From Perkinsus chesapeaki ATCC PRA-425 (lineage: Eukaryota; Protista; Perkinsozoa), in NCBI GenBank assembly GCA_013115145.1, contig JAAPAO010000041.1:45685-109684 (forward strand): a stretch of 64,000 nucleotides of DNA, read 5' to 3'. The notes beneath the pieces are model-generated. The model was not told the origin of the DNA. It worked only from the letters and a program-made list of their open reading frames with translations, and searched no databases. Both the position numbers and the translations under genes were made by a program. Of the stretch, positions 1-12,945 are shown piece after piece (position 1 is the stretch's first letter; the number at the start of each line of letters is the position of its first letter).

Positions 1-3000
1 CCCATCCTCTTCGGACTGGCGACAGGCAGAGGAGGTCAGCGATGACTTCTCATCGGATCATCTCATTTGTGTAGGCCGTCCGCTCTCTGGTTGCTGTCGA
101 TGGTGAGGAGTTGCTGGAGATTCAGGGAATTCAGATGCAGCTGCCACCAGAGGGGTACCGCCGTGCTGAAGTTGAGTTGCTGTATAAGGCCCAGCCAGGC
201 CCCTACTGGCGTACTTACCCGCTCTGGGCTCTCCGGGATGGATACGGACCACAGAGGCATGCCCTCAAACAGTGCTAGATGGCGTCCTGTTGGCTCCTAC
301 ACCTCTTCAAGCTACAGCGCTGGATTTGGTGTCTCGCTTATTGGCCACTGATGATCGGTGCCGCATTCTGCTGCGAGGGCCCCGAGGATCGGGCAAGTCG
401 GCTGTCCTACGCGGCCTAGTTGCTAGACATGTTGGGGAGTGCAGCGCCAACAACAGGTGGATCGGCATAGCTATTCTGGGAGCTAAGCCTTATCAGGTCG
501 GTAAAGAATATCGATGTCACCCGCGCGACCGACTCCTTGGTCATCCAGCGATGCCTAGAGGGAGGCATGTCTAGGCGAGCTCGAGGTGCTCCGTTGATCG
601 GGTTTGAGGGAATGGCCGTCTTGAGGTAGATACGTTGGTGCCTGCTGATGGTGCCGAAGGAATGACTATTGTGATAGAGGATCTGCATCTCGCAAAAGAG
701 GAGGATGGTGTCCGCTCTGCTGTGGAACTTTTGAGGACGGTACACGTGCCTTATCGGCTCGACTGGAGTACGGTTGATTGCAGGCCTCGAGCCACGGATG
801 GATGGATAGATCGACGTGGTGTAAGTTAGAGGTGGAGGGTGACCTACAGTGGATAGTCACTATGACATCGCTGGTGTGCTGGAAGCAGGAAGCCCTTGTT
901 GGCTTCGGAGTGCACAATAGGCTGCTTAGCTGCTTCACCGCGGTAGCAGCATATTGGTGTCTATCGGAGAAGCGTTATGGCTAGGTTAACCTTCCCGACT
1001 TACCAGATTCCACATTAGAGTCCATTTATTGCAAAGTGCTCAGTAACGTGATAGCCCCTACAGATGGTATTGCTGAGATACCGCTTACGCACAGACCGAC
1101 TCATTTTAAGATTCCTCTCATCACAGTGGCCATTTCGACTTTGCGGAAGTCATTCCTCGTATCGCCCAAATGTAATGGGGAACAGCAGTGCCATAAGGGA
1201 GCCATATTCCTCGCAGATACCGTCAGCAAGGCTCCTTCATTGCAGAGAACGGTCTATGGCGTTACGAAGTCGGCCGCCTCGCCAAGGCCCTGAGCTACAT
1301 GGCGGAGGGTGGCAGTGATGGTAGCCGAATCAAGCGTGACGTGCTACTGCGGGAAGTATGGGAGGACGCTGGCCTGGTGGCCACAGCGGACAGCGGTTCT
1401 GGAGGAGATGGGCCGGTTGATGCTGTGATAGATGGAAGTATTGAGATATTCGAAACTGTCGAGGAACTTCAACGAGAGATTCAAAACAGGATTGCTGGAG
1501 ACGGTATTGCTTTGTGGCCGGAAGCTGTATTTAACAACTGCTAGCTTTAGTCTGTTGATTCCCTTTTTTAGGTCAGCTACATTGCTCGGCTTACTCGTGT
1601 CCTGTCAAGGCCAGGCGGGCATGCTGTTCTGTTGAGTGAGCAGGGCAGCGTCGGCAAGGCCACAGGAGTGAGAATCGCCTGCACTCTAGCAGCGCTCCAG
1701 ATGCGGGAGATAGATGCCTTCCTCATGGAGGAAGCAAAGATCTTGAGAGAGTTGCAGCAACTCGCAGAGGTGCTATTGGAATGATAAGTCATTTTCCAGC
1801 GATTGCTTTCCAGAGTCCCTCAGAACTGGTGGTGCTGGTTGTACGTAACGCTCATGCGTTAAGTGACCTTGCTCTGCAGGAAATATCGGGAATCCTGGCC
1901 AAAGTTAGTTCCTATACCATCGCTACGTCTAGTGTGTACTCTTCCTTGTTTCAGAGTCAGTGGCATGATACGTGTAGCTCCGACGAGCATCCCTCTACGA
2001 CGCGCAGAAGGCAGGTCTCGCGCAACCACACAGTCGTGTTTCATCAGCCCTCTTGGGCAGATCACAGGTTCATCTTGCTTTGACTGTCGATCATCCGTCA
2101 GCTGAAGGCCTCCTAGAATCCTGGGCTGCTGGGTTCCCAAGGCTCATCGAGTCGTGCGCCAAGCTCAGGTGCTTCTTTAATGTCGTTGTAAGAGGGATTT
2201 GTCTATCAGAATACCTCAATGGGATGATAGCAAGCGTTGTATGGCGATAAGGGCGGTGCTGGAGAGGATGGGGAGCCCAGTGGGGGGTGCTGATGTAGGC
2301 TAATACTCAGTGTAACTATCAATCAAGTGTCTTCTGCCATCAGGTCGATCGACTGGTAGAGGTCTTGCTCCGGTTGCGGAAGGCTACTCCGATAGCTGTG
2401 AACGATCGATCACTGCTGGTGATGGCCCGGCGGTTTTGCAGAGTATACGAGGATAGGCGAAAGCGCCTTGAGGAAGTGGATGGAATCCCCGCCTTGTATA
2501 CACTGATGCGGTTTGTTACAGGCTGGGGCAAGGTTACGTGGTTGCTGCCAGCGTCTAGATGGCATTGCAAAGTGGATCGAAGAGAAGGAGAAGGTAATCT
2601 CCGTGGAGCTACAGCCTAAACACGATAAGCTGAAGGCGGAGGTCGACGCCATTGTGGTAGTGTATGGTACTCTTTATTCCCTACTGTGAACTCAACAGGA
2701 GCTCCTGGAAGCACAACAGGCTAATGCTTCTGAATATCGTGATGAAATAGAAGAGGGAGCGGCTAGGGCTGACCGTCGAGCCAGTGAAGTAGCTCAGCTG
2801 TGCCGAGAGGGGCCGCTTTTAGCTTGCCTGCTCTCTGAGGTGCGTAATTTACGGATTGAATACGAGAAGGAGCTAGGACCGACCAAGGAGGCTTTAGAGG
2901 AGTCAATAGCCGGGATGGCTGGCTATGCTCCAAGTGATGTTACCTTAACCTTTGCTGCTGATAATCGCCCAGTGTTCAGATGTTGTAGTAGAGGTATTAG

Positions 3001-6000
3001 AACTAGTGCCTACACCGGATGCCTCAATGGATCTACTAAACGCCTTGTACACCTTAGTTGCTGAAGGTATAGCTGTGGTAATTCTAACTGGCAGCTCTCC
3101 CATGTAGAGGACCATGTGGCAAATGACTGGGAGAGCACACGGGATGCGTTGATGGAGCTGAGCAGCTCGGGGAAGCTAGCATCCAGCTTGATGGGCTTGG
3201 ATGCCGAGAAGCTTACAGAGGCATCTCTGGCTGCAATGAGGAAGTTGGAATGCGTGGATTCAGTGAAGTATAATGTAGGCGAGCTGCGTGGTATCAAGCC
3301 GGATGCCCTCGCTCATAGGAAGCCCCGAAGATGCCATCGTTGTGGATGCACTCGCTGCACTCGCTTATTATTGCTTTATTGACTCATCAGGAAGCGCTCC
3401 ACCGCCTACAGCCGCAGCTTGCCAAGATCACCGAAGTCGAACAGGTAGCTCGCAAATGCGTCTCAAGTTCCAGCAGGAAGGTCAGGAACTAAGCATCATA
3501 AGAACTGATCAGGAGGTCCAGAAAGCTGATCTGGGCAATGCAGCGGGGGTGGGCGAAGATACCACCTCAAGGCTGGAAGCAGCTGAAACCGAAAGGGCCG
3601 AGACGGAGGCGTCCATCGCAGCCTTGACGGAACGGCTAGCGAGGGCTCGAACTGTATATGAGGTAAATTGTGGACGCCTCGGTTGGATCGTCAATGTGGT
3701 TTGGTGGAAGACGATAAGTGTGTATTTTCAGGCGTGCAAGAGGATGAGGGAATCTGTATGGGAGCCACGTTACTCTGCGGTAGAGGCTGAGATGTTGGCA
3801 TTGACGGGCGACGCCCTGCTTGCTGCCTTTTTCCTCACCTGCCTCGCCGGTGCTCCGCCCACCGATCGCGCGAAGAGTGTCTCTGTATGCAAGAGCATAC
3901 TTACCGATCTGGCTCTACCGTTCAGTGAGAAGTTATCCATATTAGATATCATATCACCTCACCCAGTAGAGGTAGGCGTGACAGCGTCTTGGAACCATGA
4001 GAAAGCGCTTGCACGAGCAGTGACGGTTTATTTAGGTCACGAAGTGGCGAGCGGAGAGAGTTCCGGACAGCCTAGTTGACAGCGTTGGCATTCTGCACTA
4101 CATAACCAACGTTGAGGGCAGGTTGGCGCTTATTGTAGATCCGCAAGGGAGGGCTTTGAAATGGATTAAGTCCCACTTGGTCTCGCTAATGGTGTGACAG
4201 CACCTTCGGCATGGTTCACATTGGCTGGTGGTTATTAGATAGTATCCGCTGCTTCACCTTCTGAGATCCCAACAACTGTCAGAGAGGCATCGGCGTCGAA
4301 GGGTGATATCTTGGTTGAAGACGACAGTGAGCCCTCGCGGACTCCTGCTGTAGCTCCCACCGCGGCTTCATTCGTAGTGTCAGAGGATGCAGTCGCCGCG
4401 GTGTTCAGAACGCTGGAGGAAATAAGAGCTAGGATGCCCAATGGAGAGAAATCGCCTCCGAGGTAAGTGTGATACTTTCCCTCCGACTACAGGATGTATT
4501 GTTTGTTCCGAACTTGTTTGTGTTTAGGATATATATCGTTACTACACAGCCCATGTCTCCTTATGTCAAGGATAACTGCCGAAGGGAATCGTTCGATGTG
4601 TTTGACTTCACTCTAGAAGCGAGTGGTATGGGCGCCATCGTCGTTGATGCGGTGAGCTGCCGCGTGCTTTGTGACGTTTCGTAGCGCTGTAGTTGCAGAT
4701 TGTCGATGAGATGGAGCCCCGTCTCGAGCTTCAGAGGCAAAGTCTTCAATTGATGAGGATATCGGATTCAACAAGATTAGATGAGTTGGAACGTGATCTG
4801 TCGAAGCAGCTACTTGCCCCCGACGCTGATGGTGGAGAGGAAAGCATTGTCATCAGCAATGAGGCCGTGACGTCTATCTGTAAAAATACTGCTTACCACC
4901 AGGAGATAGGTCGTAGTGGCCTTGGTATTGATAGGCCGGACGTGTGAGGAGATTACAAGCCTCAGGGAGCAGATCTCTGGCCATTGTAGCTTGCCCACAG
5001 CTATGGAGGAAGTCATTCATAAGTAGGCTTAGCAGGATAAGTGTCAATTGCCGACAGCAATTGTGACAGATACAGCCCATTGAGGAGCAGCATAACTGCT
5101 GTATTGAAAATCATTTCATCATTGACGAAGCTAAACCCTTCATACCGGTAGTCACATCATCTCGTGCAATGTCCCCGCATCGTCACCGGCGGACGGCTCC
5201 ATGCCGTTCTCACAATCACTCCAGCACATGACAGGTTCTCCATCGATGCGTTGACTAAGGGATGCTTATTTGCACTGCGCGACAAGCATGATAAAGATCC
5301 ATCCGAAATGGCAAAGTTGTGCACGGAACAACTCGTGAGAATGGCGCTGCTTGGATGCGCTGAGGTAGGGGTCCTCGCGTAGTGGACTAGTGCCGGCGCA
5401 CTGTAGGCCGATCGCTTTGTTGCTGCTGTTGGCTTTGCCTTCGCATTGGAATCGTTGGTCTCTCCTCGACCAGAGGCCTATGATCTGTACGCTGCGCTGC
5501 TGTGCAAAGGAACCATCTCTGACGAAGTGGACGGTAAGTCAACTCTCCCGAGCTGATTCCGGTTGCCGGCGTGGCTCTTTATGTCGGGTCTTGTCAGCAG
5601 CAGCAACATGCATGCCCCAGAGCCTTCAGACCGATGCACAGTGGGTTACTGAAGATATTTGGGACAATCTGAACAAACTGTGAGCCATTGAACAGTGAAT
5701 CGCGGTGGATTGTACAACTCCTATGATAGTCAACGCGCCGGTGGTTCGTTGTCGGACATCACGGTGAAGCTTATCGAGGACCCTGCTAGCTGGACTCGCC
5801 TACGAGCATCTGGCGACGATTGGCCTATTAATTTGAGTGCTCTTGAAAGAGCTGTTGTATCACAGGCGATCGAAAGCGACTTCGTCGTAAGCTAGATTCC
5901 TAAGACAACGCTGAGGCTTGCGCCTGTAGAGTCAACACCTGCAAGAGTTAGTTTCTGACAAGCTGGTCTACCCTTCATTATCAACCTATTATAATATGTT

Positions 6001-8139
6001 ACGTGCTCTTCGATCTTTGCCTTCGAGAGACTTTCCCTTTATGGTTTTATGCGGAGGAGCATTAAATATCCAATATCAGTTGGACGTCCTTTATCAAATG
6101 CTTGTAAGCTGCAGTGTAGCTGGTGTGCAATAGCTGAGTATCCAGGGCATTTCCCCGGAGCTCCTCGCGGGTGTCCTATCAGTCGCAGACGTCCAGGTTG
6201 ATACGCTCACCAGCGTCATTACAGAGGCAGCAAGGTGCGACTTCCGTGGGCCACGTGGCTTTGAAAGCTCCTTTACGAGTAGTCCTTTATCTCAAATACG
6301 ACCGGCTCCCTCAGTTCCGGTCGAATCGTTATATTACGCGACGTGGACTTCGGAGGTAGCGTAGTAATCGAGGTCTTCCAGCTGATACAGGGATATGCTG
6401 ATGATGGTGGCTCGAGACCGCTAGAAGGCTTCCGGATTATACTAGTTGTTGAAGATGTGTCGAGGCTGTCCGAGAAGGTGGCAAGTTGCTAATATTCATC
6501 ACGGCAACAATACTGACAGATACTTAGCTCGAGTGTGATGGTATCCGTGCCCGAGTCGTGGATCACAGATGCTACTCAACGACTGATGTAGGGGCTACAG
6601 ATTTAGTTTGATGGCAGACCGTCTGAGATCGAATTTACGATATCCTTGCAGATTTCCAGAAGAGCATGCCGCTGGAGGTCAAATCTCCGGAGTGGACGAG
6701 TCCAGCCGTCTCCAGCAGATCTTATTTCGGTTGGATCGTGGAAGATCACTTATGTACACAAGCCGGGGTTTACACGTCTCGAGCTGCTCGCAGCCCTCTA
6801 TAACTTAATTACCTCAGGGACCACAGGCTAGCTGCAAGAGGGCTCGCAATGGCTATAGGTTGTGCACAGCCAAGCGGCGCTGAACTTACGGCACATTTTG
6901 AAGAATTCCTTCTACGGGACGTGATCCTTGGCAGCAACAGTTGCACAGTAGCCGCAAAGGAAAGTACGAGTGGCCAGACATTCCGGAAGACCAAGGCTGC
7001 ATCTGTCAGGACTCGACCTGCTTTACAATGAAGCTTTAGCAGCAGCCCGACTGCACCCGTGCTATAGCGAGTAAATATGATGCATCTTATTCCTCAGCAA
7101 GTGCCAGCAATTTAGGACCATACCAACGGAGACGAATGTCGCATGGGACGACAAACAACGTAGGTCGCAGCTAATCACGAGCATCATTAGAAGTTGGCTT
7201 TTATAGGCTATGGGCTTATGGCCCTTCTCGGCGTCACGCCTCTTACTTCTTCTCAAACGAGTTCAGAATCGGCCACTGAAGTTGTTTTACTCAAAGCACT
7301 TGCCTCTTCAGCTCTAACGTGAGTTTTTTCGAAGTTTCATCTTTGCTCGCAGTGATTGGATAGTTTGTGTAGATCAACGGACGTTAAAGAACAAGGTTTG
7401 GTACACGCTTTGGCGGCCGAGTGCTCTTCATTGAACCGCACCATGGCGGAGCTCCAAATGTCGATGAACTATTCAGATTTGGCAAAGCACCTCCAGCGGA
7501 TACATCTGCAGAAGGAATTCCTGCAGAGCTGGTAGCCACACTTATTTTTACATTTGATTGATAATGAACGACCAGGATCGATCAGGGCCTGCCTACCGTG
7601 TGGCCGTTGAATCTCTTTTCACGTACCAGTCGATTGCTACTGTCTTATCTACAAAACACAGAAATCACAGAGGCCGAGGGATTAGTTTGGAGACTAACGG
7701 CGCTTCCTGCAGGGACGGAGCTCCAGCAAATGATGAACGACTTCGTGACTGTAAGTGTCAGGGTAGGGAATACCGGAGGAAAAGCCTGTAGGTATCTGGC
7801 CTACATGTTGTGAAGGGCGAATGGATTAATGGTGCTTTACGCTCCTCCGCATCAGTGAGCGTCAGTCCCAACGCCTTGCCCATTATGGTCCTCTCTGCCA
7901 CCACGCGCCACCTCGTCGAAGGCCGGGAGCCATCGCGGTATACTTGTATCCCACTTTATTGCGGCCCAGAGTGGGTTAGAGCGCATCTTGTTTATTTTAA
8001 TGGTATTTCGCTCAGCCCTATTATCGATGTTGCGGTACCGGTGGAGGACGAGGAATCAAGAGTCCAGTTGGCGGCGAATGAGGCTCGCATTGTTTTGCTC
8101 GGTTCATGTCGTCATGACGCATGTCACGTAGTCCGATGA
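1..8139 (+). CDS. Highly divergent dynein heavy chain, 5'-partial (AAA3 to C-terminus), multi-exon
   Basis: Exon translations follow dynein order: P-loop ILLRGPRGSGKS (~365-402), IVIEDLHL...ELLR (~670), degenerate AAA4 HAVLLSEQGSVGK (~1620), stalk-like coils (~2600-3700), VDPQGRALKW (~4135), FDFTLEASG...EMEPRLELQRQ (~4600-4740), C-terminal YTCIPLY...ARIVLL ending at stop 8139. Many short GT-AG introns. Confidence 0.78.
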
Positions 8140-8209
8140 TTATCTCTTATGCTTGGTTGTCGAGTTTTCACAGTTGTGCTGAGCGTAACATCAGGAAATA
8201 TTTTTCATC

Positions 8210-10132
8210 ATGAGACCGCATAGGTCACCACTACAACCAAGTCATCGAACTGAAATTGCACTGTTGGTCGATAAGGCCATTTCTGTCTTACAGAGTGAGC
8301 CTTATTTTGGCTCCATAGAGGACACAGTGTCTTGTTCCAGTGACTGTATCGGCTTTGGCCCGTGAACGCGACATTCTCGATGATGAGTGGCGACGCTTGG
8401 AGGAGGCCGATCAGAGCGATATGGCAGGTGTCCACGATCATTCTGTGTCAGCGGATCGTTCTGGTGAAGCTGGTGGCGTGCCATCAATTGATGAGGGAGC
8501 GGTAGGGACACAAGTTGTTCATGTACACGACACTTACTCATCTCTCGAGTAATTGTCAGGTTAGTGTATCGGACCTTATCCCTGCGACGCCCCGAGGGAC
8601 CGATCCAGTAGCAGCTGCAGCGGCTGTTGCTGCGATGGACTTCGACCCACAAGCCGCTATTTCACCGATGAAGGCTGCTCAGGCATCTCGGCATCTCCTT
8701 CCTCGGGGAAGAGGGAGCCGTCGGTCAAGTGGAGTACCTGGCGTGAGTTGGCATTCTCAAACAGGTATCTACATTGCTTGCTTCATCACTAGTGAGCTGG
8801 TATTTCAGGGCGATGGGTTGCGCGATGGACTGGCGAAGATAAAAAAGAGCATTCAAAAGGCTTCTCTGCTAAACGCCACGGGGATGCCAAAGCCCTTCAG
8901 ATGGCTGTTGGTGAGTCGGCTAGTCCGCCCCCTTGTGGGCCTCCTGATAATGGTGTTTTCAGCAACTAGAAGAGCCATGCACGTTAGGGCATCTGACCAT
9001 CCCACGCCCATCGTTGGAGATACGTCTATTACTTCCCCTTCGGATGAAGCGGAACAGGACGAGGAACCAGCAGCCAAGAGGAGTCGGGACGAAGGCCAAC
9101 TTTGTATGGCCACAACATCTGAAGTGGCCCTGATATATTTGCCAGATGAAACCATATCAGCGTTAGCTCAACTTGCAAGTGATCCGGCGCTTGGCCACCC
9201 AGGACCACCTGATCGTATTGCCAGTGTAGAGGACTGCTTGGCTCTATGTGATCTCGGCACGGTATCGTATTAGCATTAGCGTGATCCTCACTATTCTCTG
9301 TACTGTCAGCTGGGGTCACACCCCCTCAGCCCTGAAGGAGAGCGAGAAGTGGCCGAGGCAGTACTACCGCCCCTCCCTGAAGGGGTTCATGCCAGTTCAG
9401 ACCGTCCCAGTGGTGTAAGAACTTGCTTTAGTCTCGACCATGTCTCTGTCATCGTCATCCTAGGTACAAGGCATAACTTGGCACCCGCTCAATCGAACAT
9501 GGGCAACACGGTGGCGCGAAGCCGAAGGTCAACAACGAAGCAAGAGCTTTGCCGTGTCTAAGTATGGCGATGAAGGGGCTTATAGGCTCGCTATACGCTT
9601 ACGGAAGGTATAGTGATTAACACTTGGCAAAGCTAGAATCGTATTGGTTCTTTTTCAGTTGTTGGAAGAGTTAGGTTTTATCTCGCCTCATCTTGGGCGA
9701 CCATCAGATCGAGGCACGCCACCGATGTCGGCTCTACCGAGCACTGAGGCTTGGATTCCGAGTGCTATACCGGTCCCTGAGGAGCAGGCTTCAGAACTGC
9801 AAGTCGTACCACACCGTGGCCCTGGCAACAAAATGAGAAGTGGTGTTCCTGGTGTAACATGGAACGAGACTTATCAGATGTGGGTAGCTCGTTGGCGAGA
9901 AGAGCCCAAAGGTGAGCTTTACTAAGTGTTAGCCGATCAAAACTTAAGATTTTTGTTAGGTCGGGAGAACAGCAGAACGTTCTCTGTCAAGCAATACGGT
10001 GCTAACGAGGCTCTGCAAATGGCAATTGATTATAGAAGAATGATGGAGGATGTCGGTAGAGTATGTCTCCCAAGAGGAGCTACTCCTTCCAATACCATAT
10101 CTCATCACAGTGATGCAGCAGATCATCAATAA
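8210..10132 (+). CDS. ApiAP2-family transcription factor with three AP2 domains
   Basis: Spliced translations give three AP2 signatures: GVPGVSWHSQTGRWVARW..KGFSAKRHGDAKALQMAV (~8725-8900), GITWHPLNRTWATRW..KSFAVSKYGDEGAYRLAI (~9470-9610), GVPGVTWNETYQMWVARW..RTFSVKQYGANEALQMAI (~9840-10030). Confidence 0.87.
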
Positions 10133-10220
10133 TCTAATAATACTGCTGGAGCAAGCATATTTCTATGCTTCATGTCGAGTTCAAACGCGATACTTTTTAC
10201 AGCGATTTTGTGTGTTTTAT

Positions 10221-11062
10221 ATGTCTCGGCTGAAAGCGAGTCTGAGGATTAAAAGTGAGAGCTCAGTCTTATCCTTTGGTGATGAAAGCATCTTGCAGAT
10301 GACCCAATCGTCAATCACTTGGTCAACGCAGCCCCTTTCTTCGAGGACAATCTAGTGCCAGACTTCGCCGTCGAGACCAACACTGCAATATTATACATTA
10401 CGTAAAGCTGAGATGAAGTGCCGCCATATCGGCTCGGTATAGGTTAGGCACCTATCGTCGAAAGCGTGACGAGGTTTCGAGACGTGTCCGTGAGCTAAGT
10501 CGAGTGGTGCCTCCATATCGCGTTAACGTCTTGCTATGTCTGGTAATGTACATTGAAGATGCTGTCTTTATGTCCACTTGCATTCGCCTTAGGTTGACAT
10601 CCCAGCAGCTGAAGCAGGAGAGTGTCTTGAGTCTCTCAATTTGATAGCAGTCCAAACCGGTCTTTCTCTTATACTTGCGTGGTCTAATGTTGAAGCATCT
10701 AGATACGTTCAAACGCTATATAAGTACCAAGGTACGTGCAATGCTGTTGGACTGTATATATTTTATATTACTCAGGCAAAGAAGCTTCTATTATACGGGG
10801 CATACATCGTGTAGCAGCCGAAGATACTGTTGGTCGGGCCGAAGAAGCTTTAACGGCTGTTCGAGGGTCTGCAAGCAAGACTGATGTTAAGAATCTCTTC
10901 AAGCGTCACGGGTACGTAATTAATATGTTCTTAAGATATAGACACCATTTCAGGAGCTTCAAGAACATTATATCGGCTTCTAAGGGTGACTTAATGCAGA
11001 TACATGGCATTGGAGAGGCAAAGGCGCAAGTCCTAGACCGATGCTTCAATGAGAGATTCTAA
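10221..11062 (+). CDS. ERCC1: ERCC1/Rad10 DNA excision repair protein
   Basis: NDPIVNHLVN..LVPDFAVETNTAILYIT, LILAWSNVEASRYVQTLYKY, and C-terminal HhH2 SFKNIISASKGDLMQIHGIGEAKAQVLDRCFNERF match the ERCC1 layout. Confidence 0.85.
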
Positions 11063-11184
11063 CACAACTTCCAACCTTGCATCGACGCCGTACGTGTCGA
11101 GTTGCGTGGCGTATCGATCGACAGGGCGTGCGCGTTATCGCTTCCTGTAGAGGGCTTTTTACGTGCAGAATTTCGTTCTTGACA

Positions 11185-12945
11185 ATGGCTTCTTCTCATT
11201 CGTCTCCTTCACCAGAGTCGCCTTTTACTGGTCATACCGTATCGTTGGACGATAGAGCTAATATGTTGGGCTCACCGTCCATACGAGCTAAGTCAGGTGG
11301 AGTATCTACTAAGACCGCTGATGGATTTGTCAACGCCACATCATCTTCAGCGGCTGATGATTGTGTGAATGGTACATCAGCGGCCGTGGCATTTGGTGTA
11401 CCACCGTCCCAGTCATCGCCTTATCATGGATTCGTCGATGATTCGGCGTCGTCTACCTTTGGATATCATGATAGCATATTCTCGGATCTCAATCTAAGAG
11501 TGTCTATGAAAAACTCCTTCTTAAATATCGATGAGCCAAGCGCTGGTGGCCTCGATGATTTGGCAATGCCAGAACTTACTCGTGGCCAGACTGCCCCAGG
11601 TATCTTCCCTTCTGGCAGACGTGACATTGATTCACAGATCCCTAGTGCCGATTCTCAAGTACCCCTTATTGGTCTATCCTGGTCACCAGTTATGCATTCG
11701 CTTCCAGAGGAAAATGCATGTTGTGGCAATCTTTCTTCTGGACCGCATGGATCAATGGATGGTCACTCCGACCATGATAGCTCGGATTCCCATGAATTAG
11801 CTGCTACCATATCTGCCGCATTGGGACTGGAAAGCAGTAGGGATTCTGATGTTGCTTCTATTTTGGGAGCTGCCGCTGCCAGAGCGGATCAATCTGGGCA
11901 AGATATGGATGCATTAAGACTACAGAATCAGATATTAACCAATGCGTTATTTTCTATCGCAGCTGCCAACGAAAGGAGACAGCAGCAGAATGGTGTTGAT
12001 GGTGGTGGTTTGCATTATGGTCGCTCACATGATGATTTACAGCTGGCTCACGGCAAATCCGTAGCAGCTCAGTCCCCTTCTTTCCCTTGTAATACTAATT
12101 TTGCACCCATTGCTCCTGGAAGCAGCAGCTGTGGGAGTAGTACTATAACTCATAGTTCTGGATCTCCCCCTATGGGTGTTGCTGTGGGTCCACCCCCTCC
12201 ACCAGAGGAAGGAGATGACGATATCAACAATACGACGGTTATGCTTCGGAACATTCCTAATAAGTATGATACTCGGTCACTTATAGAGCAAGTTCATCTT
12301 AAAGGTTTTGAGGACACCTTCAACTTCTTCTACTTACCGATAGATTTCAGAAATAAATGCAATGTGGGATATGCATTTCTAAACTTCAGGCAGCATTCGA
12401 GAGCTCTAGATTTTAAGCGAGCGTTCTCTAATTATAGACTTCCGGCTCAGAATTCCCATAAGATATGTCAAGTCTGCTGGGCTCGAGTACAAGGATTTGA
12501 TAAGAATGTTGAGCACTATAGAAACTCGCCTATTGCTGAAGAGTATAGGCCTCTTATTGCCGACAAGGAAGGTCGGTGGATTCCTTTTCCCAAGCCCGAT
12601 CCTCATGTAGAGGAGATTATTCGTGCCCGTATAGAACAAGAAGAGATGGCTAGAGCATCAGGAGGTAATAAGAAGGGTCATGGTTCAGCATCAACTAAAG
12701 GAAAAGAGAGTCATAAGATATTTGTCGGAGGCTTGGCTCGAAATACTACTAGCAGTGTACTTCGAGATCACTTCTCTAAGTTTGGTGACGTTAAGGATGC
12801 TTCAGTAGTGATGGATCGTACTTCTGGGAAGAGCAGAGGTTTTGGGTTTTGCCTCTTCGACCACGATGTTCCCAAGTCCGTATTTGAGACATCTCACGAG
12901 ATCGATGGAGTGCCAGTTGCCGTGAAGTACTATTCGTCCAACTGA
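11185..12945 (+). CDS. Intronless Mei2-like RNA-binding protein (Mei2-type RRM followed by a canonical RRM)
   Basis: Single ORF, first ATG 11185. TTVMLRNIPNKY..FNFFYLPIDFRNKCNVGYAFLNF is a Mei2-type RRM. KIFVGGL..KSRGFGFCLF gives RNP2/RNP1. Confidence 0.9.
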   Translation: MASSHSSPSPESPFTGHTVSLDDRANMLGSPSIRAKSGGVSTKTADGFVNATSSSAADDCVNGTSAAVAFGVPPSQSSPYHGFVDDSASSTFGYHDSIFSDLNLRVSMKNSFLNIDEPSAGGLDDLAMPELTRGQTAPGIFPSGRRDIDSQIPSADSQVPLIGLSWSPVMHSLPEENACCGNLSSGPHGSMDGHSDHDSSDSHELAATISAALGLESSRDSDVASILGAAAARADQSGQDMDALRLQNQILTNALFSIAAANERRQQQNGVDGGGLHYGRSHDDLQLAHGKSVAAQSPSFPCNTNFAPIAPGSSSCGSSTITHSSGSPPMGVAVGPPPPPEEGDDDINNTTVMLRNIPNKYDTRSLIEQVHLKGFEDTFNFFYLPIDFRNKCNVGYAFLNFRQHSRALDFKRAFSNYRLPAQNSHKICQVCWARVQGFDKNVEHYRNSPIAEEYRPLIADKEGRWIPFPKPDPHVEEIIRARIEQEEMARASGGNKKGHGSASTKGKESHKIFVGGLARNTTSSVLRDHFSKFGDVKDASVVMDRTSGKSRGFGFCLFDHDVPKSVFETSHEIDGVPVAVKYYSSN

